The notes: generated from the sequence alone by a model not told the origin. A stretch of DNA of 63,610 nucleotides, filler included, from Reticulomyxa filosa (GCA_000512085.1; 22 parts of 22 records of this genome joined end to end with filler, not necessarily neighbours in it), one strand, 5' to 3'. Counted from the whole stretch's first letter, positions 13,357-27,823 are shown. A program made the numbers and translations.

Positions 13357-14437
13357 AAATTGGCAGGAACTCCAAAGCAAAGTATTGCGCTCGTTTAAGA
13401 AGCGCTTGTTGCATTCAGGCGCGCAAACAAATGCAATTGTGGATATGTATATATCCACGATCAAAACTCTTCGAATACTGGACCCTTGTGGAGTGGTTAC
13501 AATGCATGTCCACACAATGACAACTGCTTTTGGGTTTCATATGTGAAGGAGGAGGAGGGAGGAAGGAGGAAGGAGGAAGGAGGAAGGAGGGGAGAAAAAA
13601 GAGAGCCTAATTGATAACCATGATTGAAATCATGTATGGCCGGACAGACGTTGCAAATTGTCGGTGAGCCGATCGCATTGTATTTGCGTGGCCGAGAAGA
13701 CGCAATTCGATGTGTTGTGAACAACCTGTTTCACGATGAAATGAATGAGAAGAAGCAAGTTTTACGAAAAGGCCTGCTGCGAGAATACCAAGAAAAAAAA
13801 CTGTCACGCCATTTTGGAGGCGTGAGCAATAATAACGGTGGTCACTTGAACGACCAAGCGCAAGGTGCCAATTCCAACAACGACGCAGCTGACAATGATC
13901 ACGACGGTGTTGACGGGAACGACCACGACGACCATGAAGATGAAGATCAACCTATTGATATCAAACAACTCACGTCCACAGGTTTGTATTCTCTTTTTAC
14001 ATATATATATACATATATATATATATGTATATATATGTATGTATAATAAAATGGGAATGGAAAAAGGAACAACAATATCAACGAACGCACTGGAAGATGA
14101 AATGTATCGCTGGCAACCCGACCCAATGGACAGCGACTTGCGCACGAATGCTGTATCTACAAGCAGTGCAAGAACCGCCGATCCGAGTGCTGCTGGCAAT
14201 GTTGGGGCAGCGCCATCAACGTCATTGGTCAGCATTTTTCGTCGCGACGATATGGATATCATTGAAATGCTCGTCAAAATCTTTGGTAACAGTGACATTT
14301 TCGTGGAAGAGTACCGCAAACTTTTAGGAGATCGCCTGTTCCATTCCAGGTGCAAGGTGTCCAATGTTGAGGCCACTAACAAAGAGGTCGAATATCTTGA
14401 ATTAATGAAGCTCAGGTATATAACATGCAACACATAC

Positions 14438-14483
<46 letters not shown>

Positions 14484-15866
14484 GCATGTGTGTGTGTGTG
14501 TGTGTGTCCGTCCACTTTTCGGATTGGCTCCAAAGGTTTGGAGATAGCCACCTACAACACTGCGACGTGATGATTAAAGATCTTGAGCAGAGTCGTCGAT
14601 TGAACTGCAATACTGACTTCAACAGGCAGTTTAAGTATCGACTGGACGAAATGGCAGTTGCCTTTCCTCCGCAGTTCGATGCCAAGATTATATCTGCGCA
14701 TTATTGGCCCTCGCATATCATCGACACCGATGACGATCGAATGAAAATGCTAGAAGAGCACTCGGATAGCATGTACGACCATTGGCTGCGATTGGAAGAA
14801 GATCAGCACAAAGATGAAAAGGATGGCAAAGATGAGGCTGGCGACAATGCCAATGAGAAGGATAACAACAATGACAATGACAATGATAATGACAATGACA
14901 ATGACAATGACAATGGTAGTGATAAAGACAGTAACGAAGACGATGCCAATGCAAATTTGGTATTCAAATTGCCAAAGACGATCCAACATCTTCACAACGC
15001 CTATGAGGCAGCATATCGTCTGATGAAAACACCTCGGAAGTTGATTTGGCTGCCAACGTTTGGAAATGTGGAATTGGACCTGGAATTGGCGGGCAAGCAC
15101 GTGGATTGGAATACGTCTCCACTATTTGCTTCTGTCTTGATTTTTATGCAAGTTTGGTCTCAGTACTTTTTTTTTTTTTTTTTTTTTTTAAGAAAAAGGT
15201 TCTCTCCAAAATTGGTGTTCATAACCAAAAAAAAAAAAAAAGGAATATTTTGAAACCAAAGACGCTGAGACCAAAAATACTCCCAATGGAGTCAGTGGTC
15301 AACACATTAAACGCGAGCTGAAATTGACTGATTCTCAGTTATTTGAAAGTTTGACGTATTGGCAACGATGCGGAGTGATTCGAAAGTGCGCGGGAAATGT
15401 GGCGAATAATGAGAACCTGTATCGTTTATGCAATAGTAAGGAAGAGGAATTGCAAGCGTACAAAGTGATGGCGAAAGTGATCAACACAAAAGGACTGGAC
15501 AATGGCAGCGATGAAAAAGGACATGCCAATGCCTCGAGTGACCTTTTGGTGGATGATTTGGCAGACGAGTTGTTCCTACTGTCCACACAAAGCTCTTATT
15601 CGCGCAATCTGCATGCGCAGTACACCGAAGAAGAAAAAGCAAAGTTACAATTGGAATTTGAAACATGTGTATTGCAAGTGCTCAACCCATTCCAATCTCA
15701 ATCTGTCGAAAATATTTTCAAACTACTCAAACAATTAAAACTAAGTCCACAGTTCACCAAAATTAGTATACATTACTTACAAGCTGTTTTGGACCAAATG
15801 GCCGCTGACAATCGAATCATTCATGCTGACGGCATGTACAAAAGGCAGACCCGTCAACCGCAATAA
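13357..15866 (+). CDS. ANAPC2: Anaphase-promoting complex subunit 2 (cullin-like), 5' partial
   Basis: RLLHSGAQTNAIVDMYISTIKTLRILDP, WQPDP, FVEEYRKLLGDRL, LELMKLRFG..HCDVMIKD, IISAHYWP and KTPRKLIW. Introns start at 13496, 13982, 14416 and 15152. Confidence 0.93.
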
Positions 15867-16238
15867 TTTTTTTTTTAACTTTTTTTACTTATCATTGTCA
15901 AAAAGACTCTTTTTTTCGTTTTGTTTTCTTTGGGTGGGTTTCTGGGACTCTCTATTTATAATACTTCTGCTTGCGTCAACAGAGTGAATCACTATCAAAA
16001 TATACTCCACTCTAAACTTTCTTGTTTTGCAAACTTATCACAAACGAGTTACTGACTACAATAAATCAAACAAACATTAACCAAATAAATTTGAGTAAAT
16101 GTGCCAATGCCAAAGCAATCACTGAGCATGCCAGTGATCATGCGCACTTCCATTATGAGAAACATTAAACTTTTTTTTTTTGCGCTCGGATTGACTTTAT
16201 TCAAATTCAAAAAAGAAACAAGTAACGTACAAGCCGTA

Positions 16239-17240
16239 ATGACAACCTTGCAGTCAAAGCCAAAACTATCGAAGGAAGAAAAAGACAAACTCTCGGGTGG
16301 TAAGTTCTCAAATAAAGTAGTGATTTCGTTTGATATTGGATCAAACGTTTTGTTTCGATTCCAACTAAGGTAGCAAAAAATAAAAAAAAAGGGAAATTTA
16401 AAAAGGTAATTGGGAAAGGTGGGGCCAGCTCGTCCTTGGCTAAGCCAACCCCAAAAGAAATCCAATCTCCACCCAGTGCAAACGTTTTCAAAAAAGCGAC
16501 CAATGTCACAAGCACTGAATTTCGTCGGTTTTATGACAGAGGCGATTTACCATTGCAAGTATCCTTTGGCGGAATTCGTAAGGTGGCATGGAAAATTGAT
16601 ATCGAAAAATTAGATTATCATCACTACTTACCAATATTTTTCGATGGGCTACGTGAAACAGAAGAACCTTATCAATTTCTGGCAACAGAGGGTACAAAAG
16701 ACCTTTTGGCTGAAGGTGGACAAAAGCTGTTGCCAGTAGTCCCTCAATTGATCATTCCAATCAAACATGCATTCAACACCAAGTTAAGGATTGCAAATAT
16801 TCATCAGACGGCTTTGATCATGCATGTATCTACTGAACTTTTTTCTTGTGTTCATTTGTAAAGGGATCCAGTGGTCATAGGTAGGATGCTCAAAATTATA
16901 CAAATACTGGTGAAAAGTGGAGATATGATCGGAGAGGCCTTAGTTCCATATTATAGACAAATTTTGCCCATATTCAGCTTATTTTACTCCAAAGACAGTT
17001 AAAAAAGTTGGCACCATTGTGCCCAAAAGCCTCGATTTTTTTTCAGATTGCCATATATTACACAACAATATCAAAACAGTTGACTGTGACGATCCTCTGG
17101 ATATGAGTGTCAAAAAAGGCCACAGATTAGGCGCACTTATAGAAGATACACTGGAAATTTTAGAAGTTCATGGAGGCGAGGATGCATTTATCAATATTAA
17201 ATATATGATCCCACTGTATGAATCACATGTTTTTAAGTAA
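16239..17240 (+). CDS. PACRG: Parkin co-regulated gene protein (axonemal)
   Basis: [39 protein letters not shown] and [18 protein letters not shown]. Introns start at 16317, 16783 and 16998. Confidence 0.95.
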
Positions 17241-18369
17241 ATAATCATTCATGAACATTTTGGTGAATTCTTATGAAATGTACCTGTAAAACATAAAAAA
17301 GAAAAATTTTGTAGATTGGAAAAAAGCATTGTAAACAAATTTTATTTAAAAATGTACTTTGTTCCAAATTAACACTGTGCAATATTATCTATTGTCCTTT
17401 TTGTTTAAGATATTTCATGTTCCAATAAAAAAATTTTTAGGAAATTTATGACCAGTTTCGCTTCGAAGTTAGCTTTAAAAAAAATGAGATTTGTTTTCAC
17501 ACTGTAATAAAATCGGTTTATCAAAGCTGAGACGCTACTTTTTTGTTATTGTTTTTTTTAAAAGTGCGTAATTGTTAATTTTCTATTTATATGATTATCC
17601 ATTAACTAATAAAATGACGAGCTGATAAACTATATGAATTTCAGTAGAGAGAACCATTTTGTGCAAGGAGGGAAAAAGGGTTACTCCTTAAATAAAATAT
17701 AATAATAGAGTGAAAAAGAAAACAACTCGTGAAGATGTGTGGGTATGTACACTAAAAGTTGTAACTGTTTTGTCTGATTGCGTACAAAAGCGTTAGAAAA
17801 AAATAATAATTGATTGTTGTTGTGTCTTTCACAATTCATACTTTTGGGGAAAACAACAAAAAAAAGGATAATCGCAAGCTTTTTCGGATCATGTTGTGCC
17901 AGCATGTGCTGTCGTGCATGTGGCGAATGTAAACCAGCGAAGACGGGGTATGTGTAATGGGCATATTCTATATACGTGGAATNNNNNNNNNNNNNNNNNN
18001 NNNNNNNNNNNNNNNNNNNNNNNNNNTTAATTAATTAANNNNNNNNNNNNNNNNNNNNNNNNNNNNNNNNNNNNNNNNNNNNTAATACTTCAATTTGTGG
18101 ATAATCTTTGCAGATTTGCTTCATTCATTTCTCAATTCGATGATTTTCTAATACATCCTCTTTCCCCCTTCCCCTTCCTCCTACGATAGCAAAGTCTCTT
18201 CTTTCGGAATTGTGCGTATGGTCTTGAGGTCTTACAGGAAAAAAAACTGGAAAGCGATAGAAGGAACTAGAAATGGAAATTACTCAATGCAAAAAAGAAA
18301 GTTGCATTGACTAGTTTAAAAAAAAAAAAGGGGTATGATAATGCAACATGTGTCATTTGGTTTTAAGTA

Positions 18370-19147
18370 TTGCGAATTAAAATTCAATCGGAATGACTAT
18401 TTTGAGTCAAAAGAGGCCAATTTAGAAAACGCGTTGTCATCAGGAGAGCTGAAGACAATTGAGAAGCCAACAGACGAGGGAATGACGAATGAAAAGAAGG
18501 AAGAGCAAGACGCAAAGAGATCAATATGTGAAGACGACGATAAAAACAGAAGAAAGCGAAAGAGAAGAAGAGCAGATATAAATGGAGGCATGACTGTAAA
18601 TGATAGTGAGGACGAAGAGAACGAGGGGATAAAGGCGATAGAAGAACTAGACAAGAACGGCGTGGAAAGCATTGTGAAGAAAAGCCGAGCGGAGATATGG
18701 GACAAATATATTCAGTCATACAACGCAAAGAACAACTTGCAGAACGACTTTGTCACGGGTTTTATGAAATGCAGCGAGTTCAAGTTGTTTTCTTGGGGTT
18801 GGTGGTGTGATTCGAGTTGTCGATTGGCCAGGTATTATGGTATGATATTTCTTTTTTTTTTTTTGACAAACAAAAGGGGGGGAGTGAAAAAAAATTGTGA
18901 AATTGAAAAAAAAAATTAAAATTTTTTTGGGGGGGGGGGAAAAAAAAAGGAAATCGACGAAATAAAAAAATGTACCACATGCACCCATGGCATATGGGGA
19001 TTGAGATTCCGTTGATCGCGCCGTCAAACTTTGACACAATGAGCATTTATGGCAAGGTATCGGAAGTAATGCTATCTAAACAATGTTGGTCATATCGACG
19101 AAGAGATCCCACGCAGTCCGAGTCTTTTGACGAAGATAAAGATGAAG

Positions 19148-19181
<34 letters not shown>

Positions 19182-19191
19182 TAATGATAAT
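18370..19191 (+). CDS. Hypothetical protein fragment
   Basis: Charged ORF 18335-18919 is joined by a GT-AG intron (about 18840-18949) to ORF 18970-19191. No family recognised. Confidence 0.45.
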
Positions 19192-19292
19192 NNNNNNNNN
19201 NNNNNNNNNNNNNNNNNNNNNNNNNNNNNNNNNNNTTAATTAATTAANNNNNNNNNNNNNNNNNNNNNNNNNNNNNNNNNNNNNNNNNNNNA

Positions 19293-21075
19293 TTGGCAAA
19301 GAAAACTCAGGCAAAAGTTGTCAAGCTTTTGCAGCGTATGTTATTGCAGTACTCTGAATCGCAGCGCGTGAAACAATATTTATTTGCAGTGATCTCTTCC
19401 AATATGGACAATGACGTAGCTGGGGCGCTGAGGCTATTTCATCTCGAATGCACTTTTGGTGAAAGCATACACTTATTTGATGTGGAAGAGGAGCTATATA
19501 CCAAGCAACTAAGTTTATTTTTGCATGACAAAAGTAGTCGAAAGCCTTTTATCCAATTGTATGAGTCGAACAATATTGGAATGGGAAAAACGTGGAAAAT
19601 CCAAGCAGATATTGAAGAATATCAAGAGGAATGCAAAATAGAAAAGATTTGTGTAAGATTCAACAGTAGTGCTATTGATTGGAAATGGATAGTAAACACA
19701 TTTTGGCAATATCATCCCTGTAAATTTGATCATACTTTGGAAGACAACGTGAACAACATTCGAAAAAAGAAGAACCAAACAACATCACCTGAAGATACTT
19801 TGGTGATTTATCACTTGGATATATCGTCTTGTATCAATGAAGATATGAATGATTTCCTGTTTCAATTGCTGTACTTGCAACATATTGACACAGATTGCTC
19901 CAGTTTTCACGTGAATCCAAATATGGCCTTTTTCATTGAAATTCCATCACAATTTGATTCGTTGAAAGGCGATGCAAAAGATATTTTGTATACTTTATTT
20001 CCCAAGTCTAATTTTCCCACGATCACTGTAAGCAAATCCAACAATCCATTCTACTTTGGAAAGGAGGCACAATATTGCGTTAAATGGATAAAAGAACTAG
20101 ATGAAATATCAAAGTTATGATTTTTTTTGTTGTTTTTGTCTCTTCATTTTTCTCTGTATTTGCTATTTATTGTCCTTTTTTCCTCGATAGATCTGCAAAT
20201 TCAGGCTTTTGGGGTTGGTTCTCTTCCTCTTCAAGAATTTCTCCTGAGACATCTGACATTGATCCGGATATCATCAACGATTTAAGCCGTGAAGATATGA
20301 TTAGTTTTATGGAGTCTTCTTTTGAGCAATTATCACATCCTTTGAATTACACGATTCTCTTCAAGTTTCTATTCACTCAATTCAAAATTCTAGCCAATTC
20401 TAAATATCTTACCAACAAGCAGCAATTTCAATACAAGCAGGAAGCGACCAAATATGCAACTGCAATTGCTCAAGAACTTTTTACGAATACAAGCATCAAA
20501 GAGGATGACACTCAATTCTGCTTGTGCAGAAAGTTGAACCGCTCTGAGTCATTCTATCTGATCAATCATGATGGTATTGATATTTAAACAAGTATTTTTA
20601 TTGTGTCAACATTTTTTTGTAATACAAATTTGTGATTGTAAAAAGGATCTCTTTCATTACTGGTTCCAAATGAAGATGAGGTGAATAAGAAAATGCGTGA
20701 AGATTTAATACAAGCAAACATTGTCTTTATCTCTTGGAAAGAAGAGACAAAGAAAATGCGGGACTTATTTTTCAGGGTAATGAGCATGCATTTCTTTTTG
20801 TAAAAAAAAATGTGATCAAACATAGATGAAATGAAAAATGAATTGTGATGGAATAGAAACCAAACATGGGTGTCCCAGATACCAAAAGCATTCTTGAAAC
20901 AAAGCAAGAACGTATTGAGGTATTATGTCGTGCGGTGGGTACCCCAATGGAAAAGAGAGACGACATTAAGAAGAAATTGTGTGAAGGAGAATTTGAACAT
21001 TATGTATTGACTTACGATAACATTCTGAAAATGGTGGCCATTCTTCTCAATATTAGATCCGATCTCCCGGTATTG
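19293..21075 (+). CDS. RNF213/mysterin-like dynein-related AAA+ protein, internal fragment
   Basis: SNNIGMGKT, IYHLDISS...DFLFQLLYLQHI...FFIEIP and YVLTYDNILKMVAILLNIRSDLPV match the RNF213 AAA region just before its GETGCGKT Walker A. Three introns. Confidence 0.8.
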
Positions 21076-22586
21076 CATTATATTGAAAGCAAATGCATTT
21101 GATTCTTTATTTCTCAATACAAACNNNNNNNNNNNNNNNNNNNNNNNNNNNNNNNNNNNNNNNNNNNNTTAATTAATTAANNNNNNNNNNNNNNNNNNNN
21201 NNNNNNNNNNNNNNNNNNNNNNNNCACATACACAATATACGTATATCGATTTTATGTATTTTGATGTTAGTGTTATTGATTATAAAAAAAAAAATAGTTA
21301 AACTTTTTCGAATGATGGACCCAACACGATTTGGATGACAGAAAGTGGAAAACGCAATTATACAGTCAATGATTTACGCCATTCGATTGATCAATTATAT
21401 ACATCGACTTGTGCGTCTTCTTTGTCGAGGTTCAATATTTTGACGACTGTGACGCTTCCAATATGCTTTTTCCTTGTGGCAACGAGATCTTCGCACTTCT
21501 ACTTTTCCTTTTGCCCAAGTTCTTGTGGCAACTTCATAACGCTGTTGCTGATGCTATTGCTATTGCTGTGGTCGATAGTAAGCATAGCACATAACATTTT
21601 TTTTAATCGTCGATTCCATCATATACGGGTAGTTGCGACAGCTACTGATACGCATATCAACATAAAAAATTTTTGCGTGATCTTTTTTTTGCTTATATTC
21701 GTTTTGATGACCCTTTTTGGTTCAGGTAACGACCTTTTCTATCAAGAGATTCGACGATTGTGTAAAGCCTATTTTTATGTTTGTACATGTAAGTTTTTTT
21801 TAAAGAAATTTTTTGTATAATCACAAAAACACAAATTATTTATTTAGAACAACTTTGGACCTTTCTATGTATTGAATAACAACAATACACTAGACCACAT
21901 CATCCTTCATTTTTGGCCACTCGAACGACTTTCGTTGGCAATCACATTCCAAAATTTTGCGACGATTACCACACTTTTCCGTTTGCTACTTGTCACCAGA
22001 GAACTTTTTAATGTGCGAAGACGAATCCAATTGATAATACTTGCGAGATCTCAAGTTTTGCCAAGAATTAACGTGTCATTGGAAATAACAAAAGCACATG
22101 GTCATACGCGCGCAATCTGATAGTGATAAAGTATGAAGGTGACTGTAGAAATATTATATTTGATTTGAATGTAGCCGAAGTGATCTGGAGTAATTGAGAT
22201 TGAACAAGACTGTCATTTGACGTATAATAGCTTGCGTTATCGTAATGCACATTAGTTTTCATCTCCACAAAACGCAAACGCAGTTTTATGTGGGTTTCAC
22301 CAACTGTTTCAACACTTTTCTGTCAAAATGCTGACGAATGTTCTAACGATTCATCCACATCTTCGCCAACACGTATACAGCATTTTCTACGTCCTTTTTC
22401 TCTATTTTTTCCATTTCATCCTTTTGATTACAAATTACATATACACACAGACAAGTATCCAATTATATACATGTTATTACATATAAAAAAAGGTATTTTA
22501 TACGATTTACCGCAACTTTTACGGCAAAATGAATAAAATTAATTTTGATTATCCAAATACTCACACTCCAATACCGAAAATGGCAA

Positions 22587-22705
22587 CTTGACAATGACCA
22601 GGAACACAACTTGCAACTACTACTAACGACCAATAATGCAGCTTGACAATGACCAGGAGCACAGCATTTAATGACATGAGCACAACTTTCAATGATCAGG
22701 AACGA
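22587..22705. repeat. Short imperfect direct repeat CTTGACAATGACCAGGA(A/G)CACA
   Basis: Copies at 22587 and 22642, plus a degenerate third copy near 22689. Confidence 0.6.
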
Positions 22706-23949
22706 AACTTGTCAATTACCGTGAACACAACATCGACAACTGGGACAACTAAACGTTCTAAATTGCACCACATCCAAAGTCAACAGCTGACTATAATTAC
22801 AACGTTGACCATACTCCAATTGATAAAAATGTATATAACTTTTCTCAACGAACAGGATCAGACAGCAACCTATTTTTACGTATACACCACATCGATCATT
22901 TAAATGTTTTTTTTAAAAAATAAAGCACAAATAGAAAATTTATACTTAACTTAAAAATTTTTAAAAAATCAATTTTTTTCTTTTTTTTTTCATTTTCATT
23001 CTTATTATTTTTCTTTTTTCTTTCATTTTTCTTCTTTTTTTCTTTTTTTCTTTTTTTTTTTTTTTTTTTTTTNNNNNNNNNNNNNNNNNNNNNNNNNNNN
23101 NNNNNNNNNNNNNNNNTTAATTAATTAANNNNNNNNNNNNNNNNNNNNNNNNNNNNNNNNNNNNNNNNNNNNTGTTTCATGTTACATATCAATTAAATCT
23201 TTTAATTTCCCTTTGATGAAAAAACATCTGGAGTGATTACATGTGATTTCAGTTTCATTTGATATCTTCTGCTCTTGTTCAAATTATCTTATGCAAATCT
23301 GTTAAATCACTAATTTGTCTTCATGCTACACTACTTTTTGAATATTGACAATTGTTATGAAGTTGAATATTTGTAGTTTTCAAGAAATAATTTCTAAAAA
23401 AAAGGGTACAAATACTTAGTATGGTAAAATTATTATTTTTGGAAATCTTTTTTTTGATAAATGGATAATTAAATGAAGAATGTAGCTCGCTGTTCCTACA
23501 TGTATATGATGCCCAACTTATAAAAAGATAAAATATTTAATATGTGTTGGATGTGTTTTAATTTACCTTAATTTATTTCATATTACAAAACGGGTAGAGT
23601 AATTTTAAAATAAACTGTGCAGTTGTTGTTCATCTTTAAATAATTACAGTAAGATAAAAAAAGAAAGTTGAAACCTAAAATGCCACCTTATAGAAATGAT
23701 TGGTTTCTCCATGAAAAAACAACATTTAATCAAAATTTTTTTAATTAAAAAAATATCTACGAATCGTGTAGTTTTTAAATATCATTTTTTTTATTAAGTC
23801 TTTCTAATTTTTTAAAAAAAGTCGACAATCGTATTTTTCTCGTAGTTATGAAATTTGTCAATCTTTTTTTAAACAATTTTTAATGTTTTCCTTTTTTTTT
23901 TTTTTCAGATGTTCGATATTGATTTTTGTCATTTTGATTATTTTGTTAC

Positions 23950-24291
23950 CAAATATTGATTGACAACCATTAGATGAAAATTCCATAACAAGAACAAAAT
24001 TTGGTGGTGGAAGAATTTTAGTCTGGACATGTTTTGAAGCATTAGGAATATGTTACGCTTGGAAGGTGGAAGGTGGAGTAAATACTTATATACATAAAGA
24101 AATTTTATCTGGTGAAATCTAAAGAGCGTCAATTGCTGCTCAGAAAATAAAGAAAATTGGATTTTCAGCAAGATAATGCAACATGCCATAAATCGGAAAA
24201 AATTGTGAAATGGTTAAAACAAAAAAAAAAACAATAAATTTCCTGCGAATTCACATGATTTAAATCCAATTGAAAATCTTTGGTGGATAGT
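23950..24291 (+). mobile_element. Tc1/mariner (IS630-like DDE) transposase relic
   Basis: WIFQQDNATCHKS...VKWL...FPANSHDLNPIENLW is the Tc1 DDE motif. Frameshifted and truncated. Confidence 0.88.
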
Positions 24292-24391
24292 NNNNNNNNN
24301 NNNNNNNNNNNNNNNNNNNNNNNNNNNNNNNNNNNTTAATTAATTAANNNNNNNNNNNNNNNNNNNNNNNNNNNNNNNNNNNNNNNNNNNN

Positions 24392-25466
24392 TTCTTTATC
24401 CCTTTCTCGATCTCTACCTCTATCTCGATCGCGGTCTTTGTCTCTGTCTCTTGTTCTTTCGCGATCGCGTGAACAGCCATTCTCTCCTTTTTGTTTCGAC
24501 TACACATGTTTTAGCAAACAAAAAAAAAAAAAAGGGAGGAGTGTGTTTTGTTGGACTTTGGCATTGTCATCTTGACACATACACAACATGTCATTGAGAA
24601 TTGAGAATTGAAAAAAAAAAAGTAACTTCGCCAATGTCGGCATGTGCGACTTGCACTTGCAAGTTGACGCCATCCCACGTCGAGTTTTTCAAATTGGCTA
24701 AGGCGGTATTGGTGTGGTGGAAATTGACAAATTCGGCAAAGCAATAATTGCCTTTCCAGCGGAACTCTTTGATGGGCACTTTGGCCAGCTCCTGCAGCTT
24801 CTCGCGACATAGGTCACTCGAGTTGATGGAAGGGGGTAAGTTGCGAACGTACAATGTGCACTTGCTCAACGACAATGTCACACGAATTGGTTTACCCTAT
24901 CATTTATTATTTATTATTTATTATTTATTATTTATTATTTATTATTTATTATTTATTGTTTGTAAAATAATGTTTGCAATAACATGAATGACTTTGCCTT
25001 GCAACTCTCGCACAGCTCTGTCACGATCTTTGAATTGGGCATAATGGACAAACCCATAGCCTTTGGACCGACCGGACTTGCGATCCAGTATGATATTTAG
25101 CGACACCACATCTCCAAACTTTGGTTTTGTTTTGGTGGTATGGTTTTGATCCGCTCAAACACGGAGTCCTCCTCTCTTCTCCTCTCCTCTCCTCTCATAA
25201 CACTTTCAACACAAAAAGAAAACTTTGGAAAATTCGCGGTGCAAGTCGTACGCTTTGGTCATCGAGTGCAGATTGGAAACGTGTAAGTTATATGTTGGAA
25301 CGTCTCTACGTGCTGGGTCGTCGATTGCGTCGGACAACATCGCCTCGCTATCGACCTCCCAGCCACGTTCTCTTTCCCTGTCTTTGCTTCTGTCTCGGTT
25401 TCTGTGTCGATCTCTGTCTTTTAGTCGTTCTCTCTTTTCTTTGGGTTTGTCTTTGTTTCTATGCAA
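24392..25466 (-). CDS. Two-RRM RNA-binding protein with RD/RS-rich tracts, partial
   Basis: NLHVSNL and SKGYGFVHY (RNP1); TLYVRNLP and KGNYCFAEF. RDRDRSR low-complexity regions. Three introns. Confidence 0.85.
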
Positions 25467-25506
<40 letters not shown>

Positions 25507-25624
25507 NNNNNNNNNNNNNNNNNNNNNNNNNNNNNNNNNNNNNNNNNNNNTTAATTAATTAANNNNNNNNNNNNNNNNNNNNNNNNNNNNNNNNNNNNNN
25601 NNNNNNGGTGTGTCATGACAACAA

Positions 25625-26360
25625 TATGGCAGAACAGACAACAACAACAACAACAGCAACAAAAGACCATTTCAATAAACATGTTCAAAATGTTGACACG
25701 AATAAAGATAAAGATAATCTCTCGTGCAATGAAGAACTCAAAACCATTGCGAGTGTGTCATCTTTTGCTTCTTACTCTACTTCCAGTTCCAATTCCAATT
25801 CCAATTCCAATTCCAATTCCAATTCGACGTCAAATTCTCCTCGAAAACGCCCTCGCAAAAAATCGCAAAAACACAATAGTATGAATAAGCATTCACCTGG
25901 TGACAAAGAGGACGAAACGTACAACAAAGATTCCAAGTGTGTGACAAGCACGAATAGTCAACCTAATTCCAATTCCAATTTCAATTCCAATCCCAAACAG
26001 CATAAACGTCTTCCGTCAAATGACAAGACTTTGAAAAAAAACCAAAAGAGAAAAGTTGCCCCAAATGCGACCGACTTTGCACCGCAATTGCTGTCGTCGT
26101 TCTCGTCATCTTCCTCCTCCTGCTCTTCTTCGTCGTCCCCCATGACACTCAAGTTACATCGGTCCAGACAGTCGATCGACACCACCGTCACCACGTTTGC
26201 CAACTGTCTTCACGACGCAAATACTTGTCCCCGTCAGGAAAACACAGGTGCTGCTCACGCCAATCACCATCGCAAGCCATTGCACTCCAAAGGGTTGCAT
26301 CGCAGATATGGCAGCGATAATCCAGTCGATTTCCTAAACAAATTCCATCACATCGACAAC

Positions 26361-26411
<51 letters not shown>

Positions 26412-26630
26412 GGCTACAATCAATCCGTTCAACACTTTGTCGATACCAATCCTTCCATTCCTCGTATCCCGTCGTTGCCTCAATTGCACAATCGAGTATC
26501 GTCAATGAATCCAACGACAGAGAACAGAGCTGAAGCGAGGAACACAAAATCATACGAAACCGGCGATTGGTCTTGTTCCCTTGCATCTGTTTCTCTTTCT
26601 CATCAATCCGATCAAAAAAAACCTGAATTC
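25625..26630 (+). CDS. Low-complexity Asn/Ser-rich protein exon
   Basis: ORF of about 1 kb with (AAT)n and (TCCAAT)n coding repeats. No domain recognised. Confidence 0.5.
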
Positions 26631-26691
26631 AGTTTTGCTTTTATAATAAGTACATATAAATGTATGTATGTATGTAGACTTGAAATGGGAA

Positions 26692-26733
<42 letters not shown>

Positions 26734-27823
26734 ATTCTCTGTGTGTTGGACAGAAATGAGAAAACCACCAATACCTCCAAGTGGAAGGAATAANNNNNNN
26801 NNNNNNNNNNNNNNNNNNNNNNNNNNNNNNNNNNNNNTTAATTAATTAANNNNNNNNNNNNNNNNNNNNNNNNNNNNNNNNNNNNNNNNNNNNTTTTATT
26901 GAGCACTTTTTTTTCCACTATTGCTTTTTTTTATCTTTTTCCAATTACCACCAAAGAAATTATACATACATACAAGTCTTTTTTTGCTGCACCTACTTAT
27001 GTGCAGATATAAACAAACATATACTTTATAATTTTTTAAAAGACAAACAAAAAATATTCATAACTATTATGAGCTGGCACGATCCAAGCGCAAATTTCTT
27101 TTTTCCTATTGTAAGGCGCTTTACATCCGTTTGTTTTTTTTAAGGGATTGGGCAAATACACAAATATAGGTTTTCATTTGAGGGGGAATTCCTATTCATC
27201 ACGAGCACAAACACATTTCATAACAAAGGTATAAATACATAAATAAAAAAAACATATACAAACCTTTTTTGTTTTTTTTTAAAACGGGGTAGACTTCAAC
27301 CCCATAATTCTCATTTTATGTGTGTGTGTGTGTGTGGATTGGAGTATATAAATTAATCTTGGCATGACGGAGGAACCTATATCATAAACATACCAACATT
27401 TGGAATATATTTTAAAAAAAAGCAAATAGAACAAACCAGTTTTTCTCCTTGCGGAGACGGGGGTGGTTGCTACCCCATATTCTTTTTCTTCATTTCATTA
27501 TATTGTGCTGCTCTATTGCAATTAATCACACAAGACATGTTATACATTGAATATGAAGCAAAATAAAAGAATTTACCTTCTATTGGCCATTTGTAATCTC
27601 ATTGCAAACCCCATTGTGGTTATAGTATTCATTTTATTCCAACACTATTTGCTCCATAATATTTGCAATGCCTTCTTGACAAGTATTGCTATATCAAATA
27701 ACAAGCAAAAAATAATGCATATTATTGAACAACATAAGAAAAAAACAAGAATAACTTGGCAATATCAGTGGCATCGTCGAAGTTTGAATTGACAATAATT
27801 TGAACGTAGTATTCCACGAATGT

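Noticed and set aside
21225-22560. Coding-like sequence with short ORFs on both strands
   Set aside because: No coherent frame or recognisable family. It is possibly a decayed gene but cannot be supported.
25790-26410. (TCCAAT)n and (AAT)n arrays as telomere-like or CRISPR-like repeats
   Set aside because: In-frame Ser-Asn and poly-Asn coding low complexity with no spacers.
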